Positions 29,481 through 38,459 of a DNA stretch of 64,000 nt are shown here, piece after piece. The DNA comes from Candidatus Dojkabacteria bacterium (GTDB taxonomy: Bacteria; Patescibacteriota; Dojkabacteria; SC72): NCBI GenBank assembly GCA_035271645.1, contig DATERJ010000018.1:17399-81398 (forward strand), read 5' to 3'. The first letter of the stretch is position 1. The number at the start of each line of letters is the position of its first letter. The notes below the pieces were generated by a model, which saw nothing but the letters and a program-made list of their open reading frames with translations, ran no database searches and was not told the origin of the DNA. The position numbers and the translations under genes were made by a program.

Positions 29481-30701
29481 TTATTTATTATTTTTAAATT
29501 TAGGTAATCTAATATTTCCTGTTACTAGGTTATTTATTAGGTATTTTCTTTGTTGTTCCATTAGAGTTTTTTTATTTTCTAATAGTTCTATTTCTTTGTT
29601 GGATTGGGTGAGGATTCTTACTATTTCTTTTTGTTCTTGGAGAGGAGGAATAGTTACAGACATCTTCCTTAAATCACTACCATAAAGATGAACGATTGTT
29701 ATCCCTTGTGCAAGTCGAGCCATGTCTAATTTCTTAGCATATGAAAGATAGTATGCTAGAAATTCACCATCAATATCTTTCTTAGGTCTAAATATATTAA
29801 TATCTCCCCCTAATAAAACATCATCTCTCATTAAACAAGATGCTGTTGCAACATCTAAAGCATTAGTTGTTGTAGATGCTGGAACTAGAACATCACCTTT
29901 AACTGATCGGACTCCTTCACTAATGTTCGTACGACTAGATACTTCATCTATTATATCACCGTATGTTGTATATAACTCACCATACAATATACATTCTTCT
30001 TGTCCATTGTCATCTAATACTGCTTTAGAAAGACCACGACCTTTTAACACACTTACTATGTCTCCTAGTCGATGTTCCTTAAGATAATCTTTTTTAATTG
30101 TTTTATATGAGAGTAGATTTTGTATTAGATATTTTTCAACATTTTTCTTTACTTCTATCTTTTTATCTAAGAGTTCTATGTATTTATCCCATTTTTCTAT
30201 AGTAGATACGATTTCTTTTTGTTCTTCAATAATGGGAGTGTTTATCTTGAAATTACCTATTAAATCTAAAGTCAACTGTGGCTGTGCGCTACCGAATACT
30301 GCTTTGGTTACTTCTCTTGCAAACAAAGAAGAACCCATAAATAATTGTAGATATCTAGTATCTAGACTTTCTTCCATATTACGAATAATAACCATTCCAG
30401 AATTGATTCTTATATGAGAAAATGTAACATCATCACCATAATATGCAAATCTCCCAACTGTCCCTCTAGTTGTTAAGACCAGATCTCCCCTGAACAACTT
30501 ACCATTACCCATCAAGTTGTCTTTCTCTAAAGAAATAAACTTTGTATGAGAGAAATCAAAAGTACCTTCTTGAATATTGTCTGCACTCAGAAATACACAG
30601 TCTCCGTTCTCGGACAAATCATCACTCTTAGGATAGTTTTTCCCCCTGTCCCCATCAATAATTTTTATATTTAAATCTCTTAACTTTTTTCTACAAAACA
30701 T
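29481..30701 (-). CDS. hsdS: Type I R-M specificity subunit with two target-recognition domains.
   Basis: 406 aa. The conserved coiled-coil regions IIEEQKEIVSTIEKWDKYIELLDKKIE and IPPLQEQKEIVRILTQSNKEIELLENKK each repeat once, one per TRD. Confidence 0.85.
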   Translation of the reverse strand: MFCRKKLRDLNIKIIDGDRGKNYPKSDDLSENGDCVFLSADNIQEGTFDFSHTKFISLEKDNLMGNGKLFRGDLVLTTRGTVGRFAYYGDDVTFSHIRINSGMVIIRNMEESLDTRYLQLFMGSSLFAREVTKAVFGSAQPQLTLDLIGNFKINTPIIEEQKEIVSTIEKWDKYIELLDKKIEVKKNVEKYLIQNLLSYKTIKKDYLKEHRLGDIVSVLKGRGLSKAVLDDNGQEECILYGELYTTYGDIIDEVSSRTNISEGVRSVKGDVLVPASTTTNALDVATASCLMRDDVLLGGDINIFRPKKDIDGEFLAYYLSYAKKLDMARLAQGITIVHLYGSDLRKMSVTIPPLQEQKEIVRILTQSNKEIELLENKKTLMEQQRKYLINNLVTGNIRLPKFKNNK

Positions 30702-31822
30702 ATTTCTCTAATATCCCTTTTTAAATTATCTGATTCTCCCTGAACCTTCCCCACCATTCTCTTAGCTCTCTCTAATACATGGTCATAAGTTAGTATACTA
30801 ATATTTTGATAGGTTGAGTTTAATACTCTATACATTTTCTTTTCTTCATCATTCCATTCAATATTTCTACCATATATCAAGGTAATTTTAGGTTTTAATA
30901 ATGTATACCCACCTAATTTCTCAAGATACTCGGCATCATTTATCTTCTTCTCTATTTCTACAAGATACTTCATACATTGTACAGTTGCTTTTGTTAGATT
31001 TGCTGTTGGACATGTATCAGAGGTCCAAAAACTTGAACTCGGCAATTTTAACTCTACAATATCTACAAAACCATCATAAGATTGTAGTAAATAATCTGTG
31101 ATATCATCTTCATCAATATTACGATGATCTAACATTTCCACATATTCCGCACCTAATATCCACTTGTTTTCCTTGAAAAACCTTTGCCAAACCTCTTCAT
31201 CTTTACCAACTCCAAGTTCATTCTTGTATTTTTCAAATTCCGCCTCATCATTCAAGATTTTCTCAAATCTATCGACTGCCCTTTTCCTGTGAGTTATATC
31301 TTCAAGATCACCATACTGAAGTAAATTGAAATTTCTTACAATCTCTGTAAGTTTTTCTTGACCAACAGGATCTTTAACAACTAAATCCAAGAACTTCTTT
31401 AATTCTTCAGGGTTTTCGATGATTGACTTATCCAACATCAAAGTTCTATTTGCAATCGATTCCAAATCCAAATTTGAAAACACATGTAGTAACTGCAAAA
31501 TCCTCTCAAAAGCAAGTGTCGAAAAATGTATCTTTTCCAACCTTTTATTAGACAACTTTGAGATTTCCACTCCATCTATTTTCTTAGAGTTTGTTAAATA
31601 TGTCACTCTTAAACAAATTTTAGGAGATATTTTAATTTTTATATCTTCACCTTCAGAATCTGGGCAATCAGTTACTGAGATATACTTGCCTTCGCCACTA
31701 GCAAAGTCAGCTACATATATAACCCCATTCTTCTTATTTTCTAAAATACTCTCCTCCGAAGTATCAAAAGGTTCTATTCCTGTATAAGCATTATCCATTT
31801 TCAGAATAACTTTTAAACTCAA
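30680..31822 (-). CDS. Embedded PD-(D/E)xK nuclease-like protein, Shedu/DUF4263-like, between hsdM and hsdS.
   Basis: C-terminal region ...ILGAEYVEMLDHRNIDEDDITDYLLQSYDGFVDIVELKLPSSSFW has a D...D..E.K core. Its ~380-aa size and position in the operon resemble single-gene defense nucleases. The start overlaps hsdS by 22 nt and the stop abuts hsdM. Confidence 0.4.
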   Translation of the reverse strand: MSLKVILKMDNAYTGIEPFDTSEESILENKKNGVIYVADFASGEGKYISVTDCPDSEGEDIKIKISPKICLRVTYLTNSKKIDGVEISKLSNKRLEKIHFSTLAFERILQLLHVFSNLDLESIANRTLMLDKSIIENPEELKKFLDLVVKDPVGQEKLTEIVRNFNLLQYGDLEDITHRKRAVDRFEKILNDEAEFEKYKNELGVGKDEEVWQRFFKENKWILGAEYVEMLDHRNIDEDDITDYLLQSYDGFVDIVELKLPSSSFWTSDTCPTANLTKATVQCMKYLVEIEKKINDAEYLEKLGGYTLLKPKITLIYGRNIEWNDEEKKMYRVLNSTYQNISILTYDHVLERAKRMVGKVQGESDNLKRDIREICFVEKS

Positions 31823-31823
31823 C

Positions 31824-33341
31824 TTAACTAATCCCCAAATCCTTAAGACATTCTTTCATCTCTTTCTCTAATCTCTTAAGTTCTGGTTCTATATCTTCTA
31901 ATTCTTTCAAATTAGCTTTAATATCTACTGGTTCCTCCTCCTCAAATGTATCTACATACCTAGTAATATTAAGATTAAAATCATTCTCCTCTATCTCATC
32001 AGGATTAACTACCCTCGCGAACTTCTCAACATCTTTTCTTGCAACATAGGTATCATAAATCTTCTGTATATTCTCATCAGATAATGTATTCTTAGGAGAA
32101 CCTGCTACAAACTCCTTAGATGCTTCTATAAAGAAGATATCTTTCCTATCTTCATTCTCACCACCCTCTTCTCTAGATCTATCTATAATTAGTAAAACAA
32201 CAGGTATATCCGTTGTTTGAAATAACTTTCCTGGTAAACCAATAACAGCATCAATAATATTCTCTTCTATAAATCTTCTTCTTATCTTTCCTTCTGCCCC
32301 ACTTCTAAACAAAACACCATGGGGTACAACTATTACAGCTCTACCAGATTTAGGTTTTAATGTCTCAACTGCATGAGTAATGAAAGCATAATCTCCATTC
32401 CCTTTTGGTGGAATACCTCTAAAGAACCTATTGTATTTATCACCCTCAGCATTCTCAGCTCCCCATTTATCTAAAGAATATGGAGGATTTGCTACGATAA
32501 TATCAAACTTCATTAACCTATCATTCTCTACCAATTGAGGATTGTTTAATGTATCACCCCATTCAATTCTTGCATCATCTTTACCATGAAGAAACATATT
32601 CATTCTACATAATTGATATGTACTACCTTTTGATTCCTGCCCATACAATGCATAGTCCTTAGAACCACTCTCTTCAACTTCTTTACCTGCTAGTAGGAGC
32701 ATACCTCCAGAGCCACATGCAAAATCCGCTATCCTATCACCCTTTTTAGGTTGTGCAAGTTTAGCTACAATTTTAGAAATTTGAGTAGGAGAAAAGAATT
32801 CTCCTGCTTTTTTACCTGCATCTGCTCCAAACCTCTCAATCATGTACATATATGCATTACCCATAACATCATCATCTACATCTGTTAAATCTATCTTTGC
32901 AAAATCTTTAATCAAATTCCTAATCATCTTGTTTCTCTCCTCTAACTTTCCTAATACTGCTTCTGAATTGAAATCTACACTAAATACTCCTCCTAACTTT
33001 GCTTCATTAGCATCTTCTATCTTAGCAAGTACCTTGTTCAATTCTTCTCCAATATTATCCTCTTCCATAATGCTGTAAATGTAGTCAAAAGATGTATTTG
33101 GAGGAAGATAGAATCTATCAAGTTTCATTTTTGCCTCTATTCTTTCCTTATCATTAGCAAATCTCTCTTTATATTCTTCCCTCTTTTTATTTGATAAATC
33201 ACTAAGATATTTGAAGAACAACATAACTAAAACATAATCCTTGTATATACTGGCATCTACTGCTGTCCTAGATGAGTCTGCAGCTGCCCAAAGAACTTTA
33301 TTAAGTTCTTCTTGTGAATATTTCTTGGTGTTTCTTGCCAT
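31824..33341 (-). CDS. hsdM: Type I R-M N6-adenine DNA methyltransferase subunit.
   Basis: N-terminal HsdM helical domain, FADFACGSGGMLL (motif I) and VANPPYS (motif IV). Confidence 0.9.
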   Translation of the reverse strand: MARNTKKYSQEELNKVLWAAADSSRTAVDASIYKDYVLVMLFFKYLSDLSNKKREEYKERFANDKERIEAKMKLDRFYLPPNTSFDYIYSIMEEDNIGEELNKVLAKIEDANEAKLGGVFSVDFNSEAVLGKLEERNKMIRNLIKDFAKIDLTDVDDDVMGNAYMYMIERFGADAGKKAGEFFSPTQISKIVAKLAQPKKGDRIADFACGSGGMLLLAGKEVEESGSKDYALYGQESKGSTYQLCRMNMFLHGKDDARIEWGDTLNNPQLVENDRLMKFDIIVANPPYSLDKWGAENAEGDKYNRFFRGIPPKGNGDYAFITHAVETLKPKSGRAVIVVPHGVLFRSGAEGKIRRRFIEENIIDAVIGLPGKLFQTTDIPVVLLIIDRSREEGGENEDRKDIFFIEASKEFVAGSPKNTLSDENIQKIYDTYVARKDVEKFARVVNPDEIEENDFNLNITRYVDTFEEEEPVDIKANLKELEDIEPELKRLEKEMKECLKDLGIS

Positions 33342-33350
33342 TTTAATTTT

Positions 33351-33929
33351 TTAAAAATTTAATTTCTTAACAGCATAATTAAGAATATTTTCATTAATAT
33401 CCTTCTTCCTATCTAAAAGATCTTTCTGTTTAACAATATTATCATACAAAGAGATGATTCTTTTTTGATATTCGATATCTGGGACTGGTATATTTAATCT
33501 TTCTAATTGGCTTTTAGAAATTCCTTTTATATATGCTCCAATACTTATTTTCTCTAATTCCTTCTGACCTTCAGGAGAGGAGAGATATATTGCTAAATAC
33601 TTTGGAATTAGTTTTTTGTTATTTACTCTGACAACTAGAATGGATGATGTTGCTATTGCATCGAGGTTTTCATCAAAGTAACCCACAGTCGAATTACCTT
33701 TTGAGGCTACTAATACATCCCTTTTCTTAAGGAAGGCAAGGGTTTCTAGGTCATCTGTATCAACTTTCTGTAAAGATTCTAGATCAAAATTGATAGAATT
33801 AGGAAGTAAATCTTGAGATTGAATTACCAGTGTTTTTCCTTGGGGCATTTTAGCAACAGACATTCTAAATGAGTATCCTGACAATATATCTGCTACTTGA
33901 TTTAGTCTATATCTCTCTATCATACACAC
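33351..33929 (-). CDS. Half-size HsdS (single target-recognition domain) upstream of hsdM.
   Basis: 192 aa. One TRD plus the conserved HsdS helix ISKSQLERLNIPVPDIEYQKRIISLYDNIV... Confidence 0.65.
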   Translation of the reverse strand: MCMIERYRLNQVADILSGYSFRMSVAKMPQGKTLVIQSQDLLPNSINFDLESLQKVDTDDLETLAFLKKRDVLVASKGNSTVGYFDENLDAIATSSILVVRVNNKKLIPKYLAIYLSSPEGQKELEKISIGAYIKGISKSQLERLNIPVPDIEYQKRIISLYDNIVKQKDLLDRKKDINENILNYAVKKLNF

Positions 33930-33961
33930 ATTATAGCACAGGTGTTTAAATTTGTCAAGCC

Positions 33962-34981
33962 CTACCTCCCTACTGTCCCCAAAACCACCCTCTCACATAA
34001 TTCTTCAAATGATATACCTACTACCATAGCTTCCTGTGGTAATAAACTAGTAGGAGTCATACCAGGTAATGTATTAGCTTCTAAACAAAAAAATTTGTTT
34101 TTTGTATCACTAAGTAAAAAATCTATCCTAGAATAACTACCTAAACCCAATACATTATGTACTCTTAATGCAATACTCCTTACCTCTTTTTCTTTCTCTT
34201 GGGTTAAGTTACTAGGACAAACCTCAATACTAGCTCCCTTCTGATACTTGTTCTTGTAATCATAGAAACCTTTCTTAGGTATAACCTCAATACTAGGTAA
34301 CACCTCCCCATTCAATATACCTACAGAAAACTCCCTACCCTTAATATACTCCTCAAGAAGAATATCATCAGAATACCTCCTAGCCTCTCTAACAGCATCA
34401 TCTAACCCATCCTTACTTCTTACTATCCTAACCCCTACACTAGAACCACAATCCAATGGTTTAACTACACAAGGAATATCAAACTTAGGTATCTCTGCTC
34501 CCTTCTTAACTACAACATACTTAGGAGTAAGAATACCATTCTTAACAAACACATCCTTACTCTTACCTTTATCCATAGCTAACATAGAAGATTTAGAATC
34601 ACTACCTGTATATCTAATACCTAAATCTTCAAATATTTTCTGTAACTTACCATTCTCTCCAATATCACCATGTAATCCTAAAAATACAACATCACTATAC
34701 TTACATATCTCTAATACATTCTTCCCTATCTTCTCACTACCATATATCTTTTCTAATTCTTTTAAATCAGGTTCATTCTTAGGTACTACATATTTAAATG
34801 GTTTACCACCTTTCTTAAACAACTTAGATATACCACCCTTAGGAATATCACAACCTAAATACAGATCTAACATACATACACTATGATTATTCTTTAACAA
34901 AGCATTCCCTATTAAAGCACCAGAAGACAGAGATACATCTCTCTCAGGACTAAGACCACCACATAGTACTACAATATTCAT
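33962..34981 (-). CDS. ddl: D-alanine--D-alanine ligase.
   Basis: MNIVVLCGGLSPERDVSLSSG N-terminus; ATP-grasp motifs (FLGLHG..GENG, CVVKPLDCGSSVGV, EANTLPGMT). Confidence 0.85.
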   Translation of the reverse strand: MNIVVLCGGLSPERDVSLSSGALIGNALLKNNHSVCMLDLYLGCDIPKGGISKLFKKGGKPFKYVVPKNEPDLKELEKIYGSEKIGKNVLEICKYSDVVFLGLHGDIGENGKLQKIFEDLGIRYTGSDSKSSMLAMDKGKSKDVFVKNGILTPKYVVVKKGAEIPKFDIPCVVKPLDCGSSVGVRIVRSKDGLDDAVREARRYSDDILLEEYIKGREFSVGILNGEVLPSIEVIPKKGFYDYKNKYQKGASIEVCPSNLTQEKEKEVRSIALRVHNVLGLGSYSRIDFLLSDTKNKFFCLEANTLPGMTPTSLLPQEAMVVGISFEELCERVVLGTVGR

Positions 34982-35113
34982 AGTTAGAGTATATATTATT
35001 TCTATACAACACTCACCTAAAATATGGTATAATGTATATAGAGTGATTTAGTGTCGAATTGTTGCCATTATGGTATGCGTTTCTGAGAAATCAGAATAGG
35101 CACTAAATCCATT

Positions 35114-35740
35114 CTATTTCATCACACAAACATCTATAACCTTTTTCCTTATCACTTCTAGATATATATCACTATCATTTCTTCCCCTCTCTAAAGATTT
35201 GTATATACTACCAACAACCATATCAACAACTTGTATCATCGGTTCACTCCTAGAATCTACATATTTAACCCCTGAGATATATTTATCTTTATATTTCCCA
35301 TTCAACCCCCTTATTTCAGAATTAATAGCTCTTTTCATTTCTCTCTCTTTCTTACCATCTACCACTAGTTTCGCAGAATCTAACAAATGAAGATTCTTTG
35401 TTAGTAATTGTCTAAAAAAGTAATTGTAATAATCATGTTTATTCTTTATGACAACATGAGAAAAGTACGAGTTCTTATCAACCACTAAACACACAACTCT
35501 CATATCAAAATCTTTTACAAGAGAAAGAAATTTCAGCCTTAACTCTTTGTTCGCCTTTCGAAACTTAAATTCAAAACAATCACTTTTTCCTAGTGATTTC
35601 TTAAATCTCACAACCTCCCTCCTACTCTTTTCTACTACCGATTTAGAATTAAAGAGAATCATACATAGCACAAAGAAAGGACTAGAACCCTTATCTAGCT
35701 TAATACCTGGATCTCCTGATTCATCTATGAAAACAATCAT
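35114..35740 (-). CDS. DUF3800-family protein, second copy.
   Basis: N-terminal MIVFIDESGDPG...FFVLCMILF; same family as 23248..24213. Confidence 0.5.
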   Translation of the reverse strand: MIVFIDESGDPGIKLDKGSSPFFVLCMILFNSKSVVEKSRREVVRFKKSLGKSDCFEFKFRKANKELRLKFLSLVKDFDMRVVCLVVDKNSYFSHVVIKNKHDYYNYFFRQLLTKNLHLLDSAKLVVDGKKEREMKRAINSEIRGLNGKYKDKYISGVKYVDSRSEPMIQVVDMVVGSIYKSLERGRNDSDIYLEVIRKKVIDVCVMK

Positions 35741-35826
35741 AGGTGAATTCTAGCACTAAGCCTTCCTAAAGGTATTAAGAGTTAATTAAAACAGGTCTAT
35801 AATGATGAAAACATCTTTATTCCTAT

Positions 35827-36351
35827 ATGCTATACTATCCTATGCCCAATCTACTAATATATATATTAATATTAATCCCCATACTCCTTGTACTAACCAT
35901 TCTCTCATCATTATCAAACAAAGGTCGTCTAAACAAAAATCTAAAAGCATATACATATACAAGAAAACCATACATCATGACCAAAGGAGAAAATGAATTC
36001 TTTCAAGTACTAACCAAAATACTTCAAAACAAATATTACATATTTCCTCAAATACACCTAACAACATTCCTAGAACACAAAGTAATGGGACAAACATGGA
36101 AAGGTGCTAAAGCTCATATAGATAGATTATCTGTAGACTATGTAATATGTGATAAGAAATATCTCTCTCCCATGATCGCAATCGAATTAGATGACTCTAC
36201 ACATAACAGAGGGGATAGGATTGTAAGAGATACAGAAGTAGAAAGAATATTACAAGAAGCTAAAGTACCACTAATTAGAATCCCATATACTGATAGATTT
36301 AAGGAAGAAGAGATTAAAGAGAAAGTTTTTCAATATCTCAAATCTAACTAA
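35827..36351 (+). CDS. DUF2726-family protein (PD-(D/E)xK / NERD-like) with an N-terminal membrane anchor.
   Basis: TKGENEFFQVL...IFPQIHL...HIDRLSVDYVICDKKYLSPMIAIELDDSTHNRGDRIVRD...KVPLIRIP matches the DUF2726 core. N-terminal TM LLIYILILIPILLVLTIL. Confidence 0.65.
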   Translation: MLYYPMPNLLIYILILIPILLVLTILSSLSNKGRLNKNLKAYTYTRKPYIMTKGENEFFQVLTKILQNKYYIFPQIHLTTFLEHKVMGQTWKGAKAHIDRLSVDYVICDKKYLSPMIAIELDDSTHNRGDRIVRDTEVERILQEAKVPLIRIPYTDRFKEEEIKEKVFQYLKSN

Positions 36352-36363
36352 TGAAAAGGAATA

Positions 36364-37386
36364 CTACTCAATCACCCCACCACCTACAATGTAGTCATTG
36401 TCATAGAATACTACTGATTGACCAGGTGTAATAGCTCTCTGAGGTATATCAAATACTACCTTTACTTTATTATCACTCACAGGAAATATTGTACAACCTG
36501 CTTCCTTAGCCCCATACCTAATCTTAGCAGTAACCCTCATCTCCTTCTCTAACTTCTCAAACATAATCCAATTAAGATTACTAGCTACTAATGTATCACC
36601 TAATGTATCCTCATCATCACCTAATACAATAACATTCCTCTTAACATCAATGTCTACTACAAACAGAGGTTTGTTACTTGCAATACCCAAACCCTTCCTC
36701 TGTCCTACAGTATAGTTGTATACACCACTATGCTCACCTAATACATTCCCATTAACATCTACAAACTTACCATTAGGCATCTTCTTCTTAGTAGTGCTTT
36801 CAATGAAGCCAACATAGTCGTTATCTTCGATAAAGCATACCTCCTGACTATCCTCCTTCTCTGCAACAAACAAATCATTCTCCTTAGCTATCCTCCTTAC
36901 CTCCTCTTTCTCCATCCCCCCTATCGGAAACAATATCCTAGATAGTTGTTCTTGTGTAAGTCTGTAAAGAAAATATGCTTGATCCTTACCACTACTCTTC
37001 CCTTTCTTAAGAAGATATCTACCATCCCTCTCCTCTATCTGTGCATAATGACCAGTAGCAATATATTCAGCACCTAAGTCCATAGCTCCATCTAGTAATG
37101 CACTAAACTTAATCTCCTTGTTACATACCACACATGGATTAGGTGTTCTTCCTGCCAAATATTCATCTACAAAATATTTCATAACCTTTTCCTTAAAGAT
37201 ATCTCTAAAATCAAAAACATTAAATGGAATATCTAACTTCTTAGCTATCTTTCTAGAATCCTCTACAGCTTTCTCTGTTTGATATATTTCCATAGTACCA
37301 CCTATGACATCATATCCTTGTTGTTTAAGAAGAAGTGCAGCTACAGAACTATCTACACCACCACTCATTGCTATTAATACTTTCAT
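36364..37386 (-). CDS. mnmA: tRNA-specific 2-thiouridylase.
   Basis: PP-loop MKVLIAMSGGVDSSVAALLL, the CxxC region PNPCVVCNK and GHYA. Confidence 0.85.
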   Translation of the reverse strand: MKVLIAMSGGVDSSVAALLLKQQGYDVIGGTMEIYQTEKAVEDSRKIAKKLDIPFNVFDFRDIFKEKVMKYFVDEYLAGRTPNPCVVCNKEIKFSALLDGAMDLGAEYIATGHYAQIEERDGRYLLKKGKSSGKDQAYFLYRLTQEQLSRILFPIGGMEKEEVRRIAKENDLFVAEKEDSQEVCFIEDNDYVGFIESTTKKKMPNGKFVDVNGNVLGEHSGVYNYTVGQRKGLGIASNKPLFVVDIDVKRNVIVLGDDEDTLGDTLVASNLNWIMFEKLEKEMRVTAKIRYGAKEAGCTIFPVSDNKVKVVFDIPQRAITPGQSVVFYDNDYIVGGGVIE

Positions 37387-37485
37387 ATCATGATTATACT
37401 GTATCTCCCAAGAAAAGAAGAGTTAAAAAGAAAAGTACAAAAAGATATGGTATATTGTTAAAAGATTACATGATAAATTAAAAAT

Positions 37486-38451
37486 ATGAAAATAGTTTTA
37501 AATAATGCTAAATATGAAAAAGCTAATTTTGCTAATGAGCAAGAATTAGAAGATGCTGTTCTTAAACATTCCAAAGAGATATTTGGAGAAGACTGCCTCT
37601 ACATCTCTGTCAAAAGAAGAATTCAAAATCAAAGGAATAGTTTCATTAATATCCCTGATGCATACGTAGTTGATTTTAGGGGAAGACCAAAACTTTGGGT
37701 TGTTGAGAACGAACTTTCTACACATGATTCCTTTAAACATATTGGGATACAAATGCTTCAGTTTGCATCACAATTTACAGAAGGTTCTTTTCAAGTTAAA
37801 ACAATTCTTTTAGAAGCCATAAATGGTGATAAAGGATTACTTGAGAAAGCAAATACTCTAACAAAGAAAATTAAATATCCAAATATAGGGGCAGTTCTGG
37901 ACTATGCAATATTTAGAAATGATTTTGGTTTTATCATTGTAATAGATGATATTAATGAAGACTTACGTAGTGTAACACAAGAGCTAGCAAGACAACCAGA
38001 ATTACTACAAATACAAAAATATGTATCTACTGACAAGAAAGAAGTTATGTATGCTTACGAAGAACTACTTAGTGATGTTGTTGAATCTACATCTGCATGG
38101 GTTGCTGATATGGATGATATTGATACCATTGTTGCCCCTGCAAGAGAAGAAGGATTTAAGAGAGTTTTCCTAGGAGAGAAGGAATGGTATTCGATAAAGA
38201 TTGCCTCTTCAGTAATTCCAAGATTGAAATATTTAGCAATGTATGAAGTTGCTCCTGTTAGTGCCATTAGGTGGATTGGTAAAATTGAATCTATTCAACC
38301 ATATGAAGACACTGGGAAATACAAGATCATTCTTTCGGATATAAAAGAGATTCCTCCAATTAAACTAGGACACCCAAGATATACACCATATGGACATAGA
38401 TATACTACATTTGAGCTATTAATGAAAGCGAAAACCTTAGGAGATTTGTAA
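37486..38451 (+). CDS. Hypothetical protein; possible N-terminal nuclease-like motif.
   Basis: IPDAYVVDFRGRPKLWVVENELSTH (D...E.E pattern). Weak support. Confidence 0.3.
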   Translation: MKIVLNNAKYEKANFANEQELEDAVLKHSKEIFGEDCLYISVKRRIQNQRNSFINIPDAYVVDFRGRPKLWVVENELSTHDSFKHIGIQMLQFASQFTEGSFQVKTILLEAINGDKGLLEKANTLTKKIKYPNIGAVLDYAIFRNDFGFIIVIDDINEDLRSVTQELARQPELLQIQKYVSTDKKEVMYAYEELLSDVVESTSAWVADMDDIDTIVAPAREEGFKRVFLGEKEWYSIKIASSVIPRLKYLAMYEVAPVSAIRWIGKIESIQPYEDTGKYKIILSDIKEIPPIKLGHPRYTPYGHRYTTFELLMKAKTLGDL

Positions 38452-38459
38452 GACAATAC

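Noticed and set aside
29481-33929. Phase-variable hsdS shufflon (inversion between hsdS and the half hsdS').
   Set aside because: Both specificity genes are on the same strand with no nearby recombinase gene. Inversion-based switching needs inverted copies. Alternative use of two HsdS proteins remains possible.
35000-35113. Possible extended -10 promoter (TGGTATAAT) in the ddl / DUF3800 spacer.
   Set aside because: It is on the + strand, but both flanking genes are minus-strand and the next + gene is more than 800 nt away. No matching -35 element with correct spacing was identified, so the evidence is too weak to annotate.
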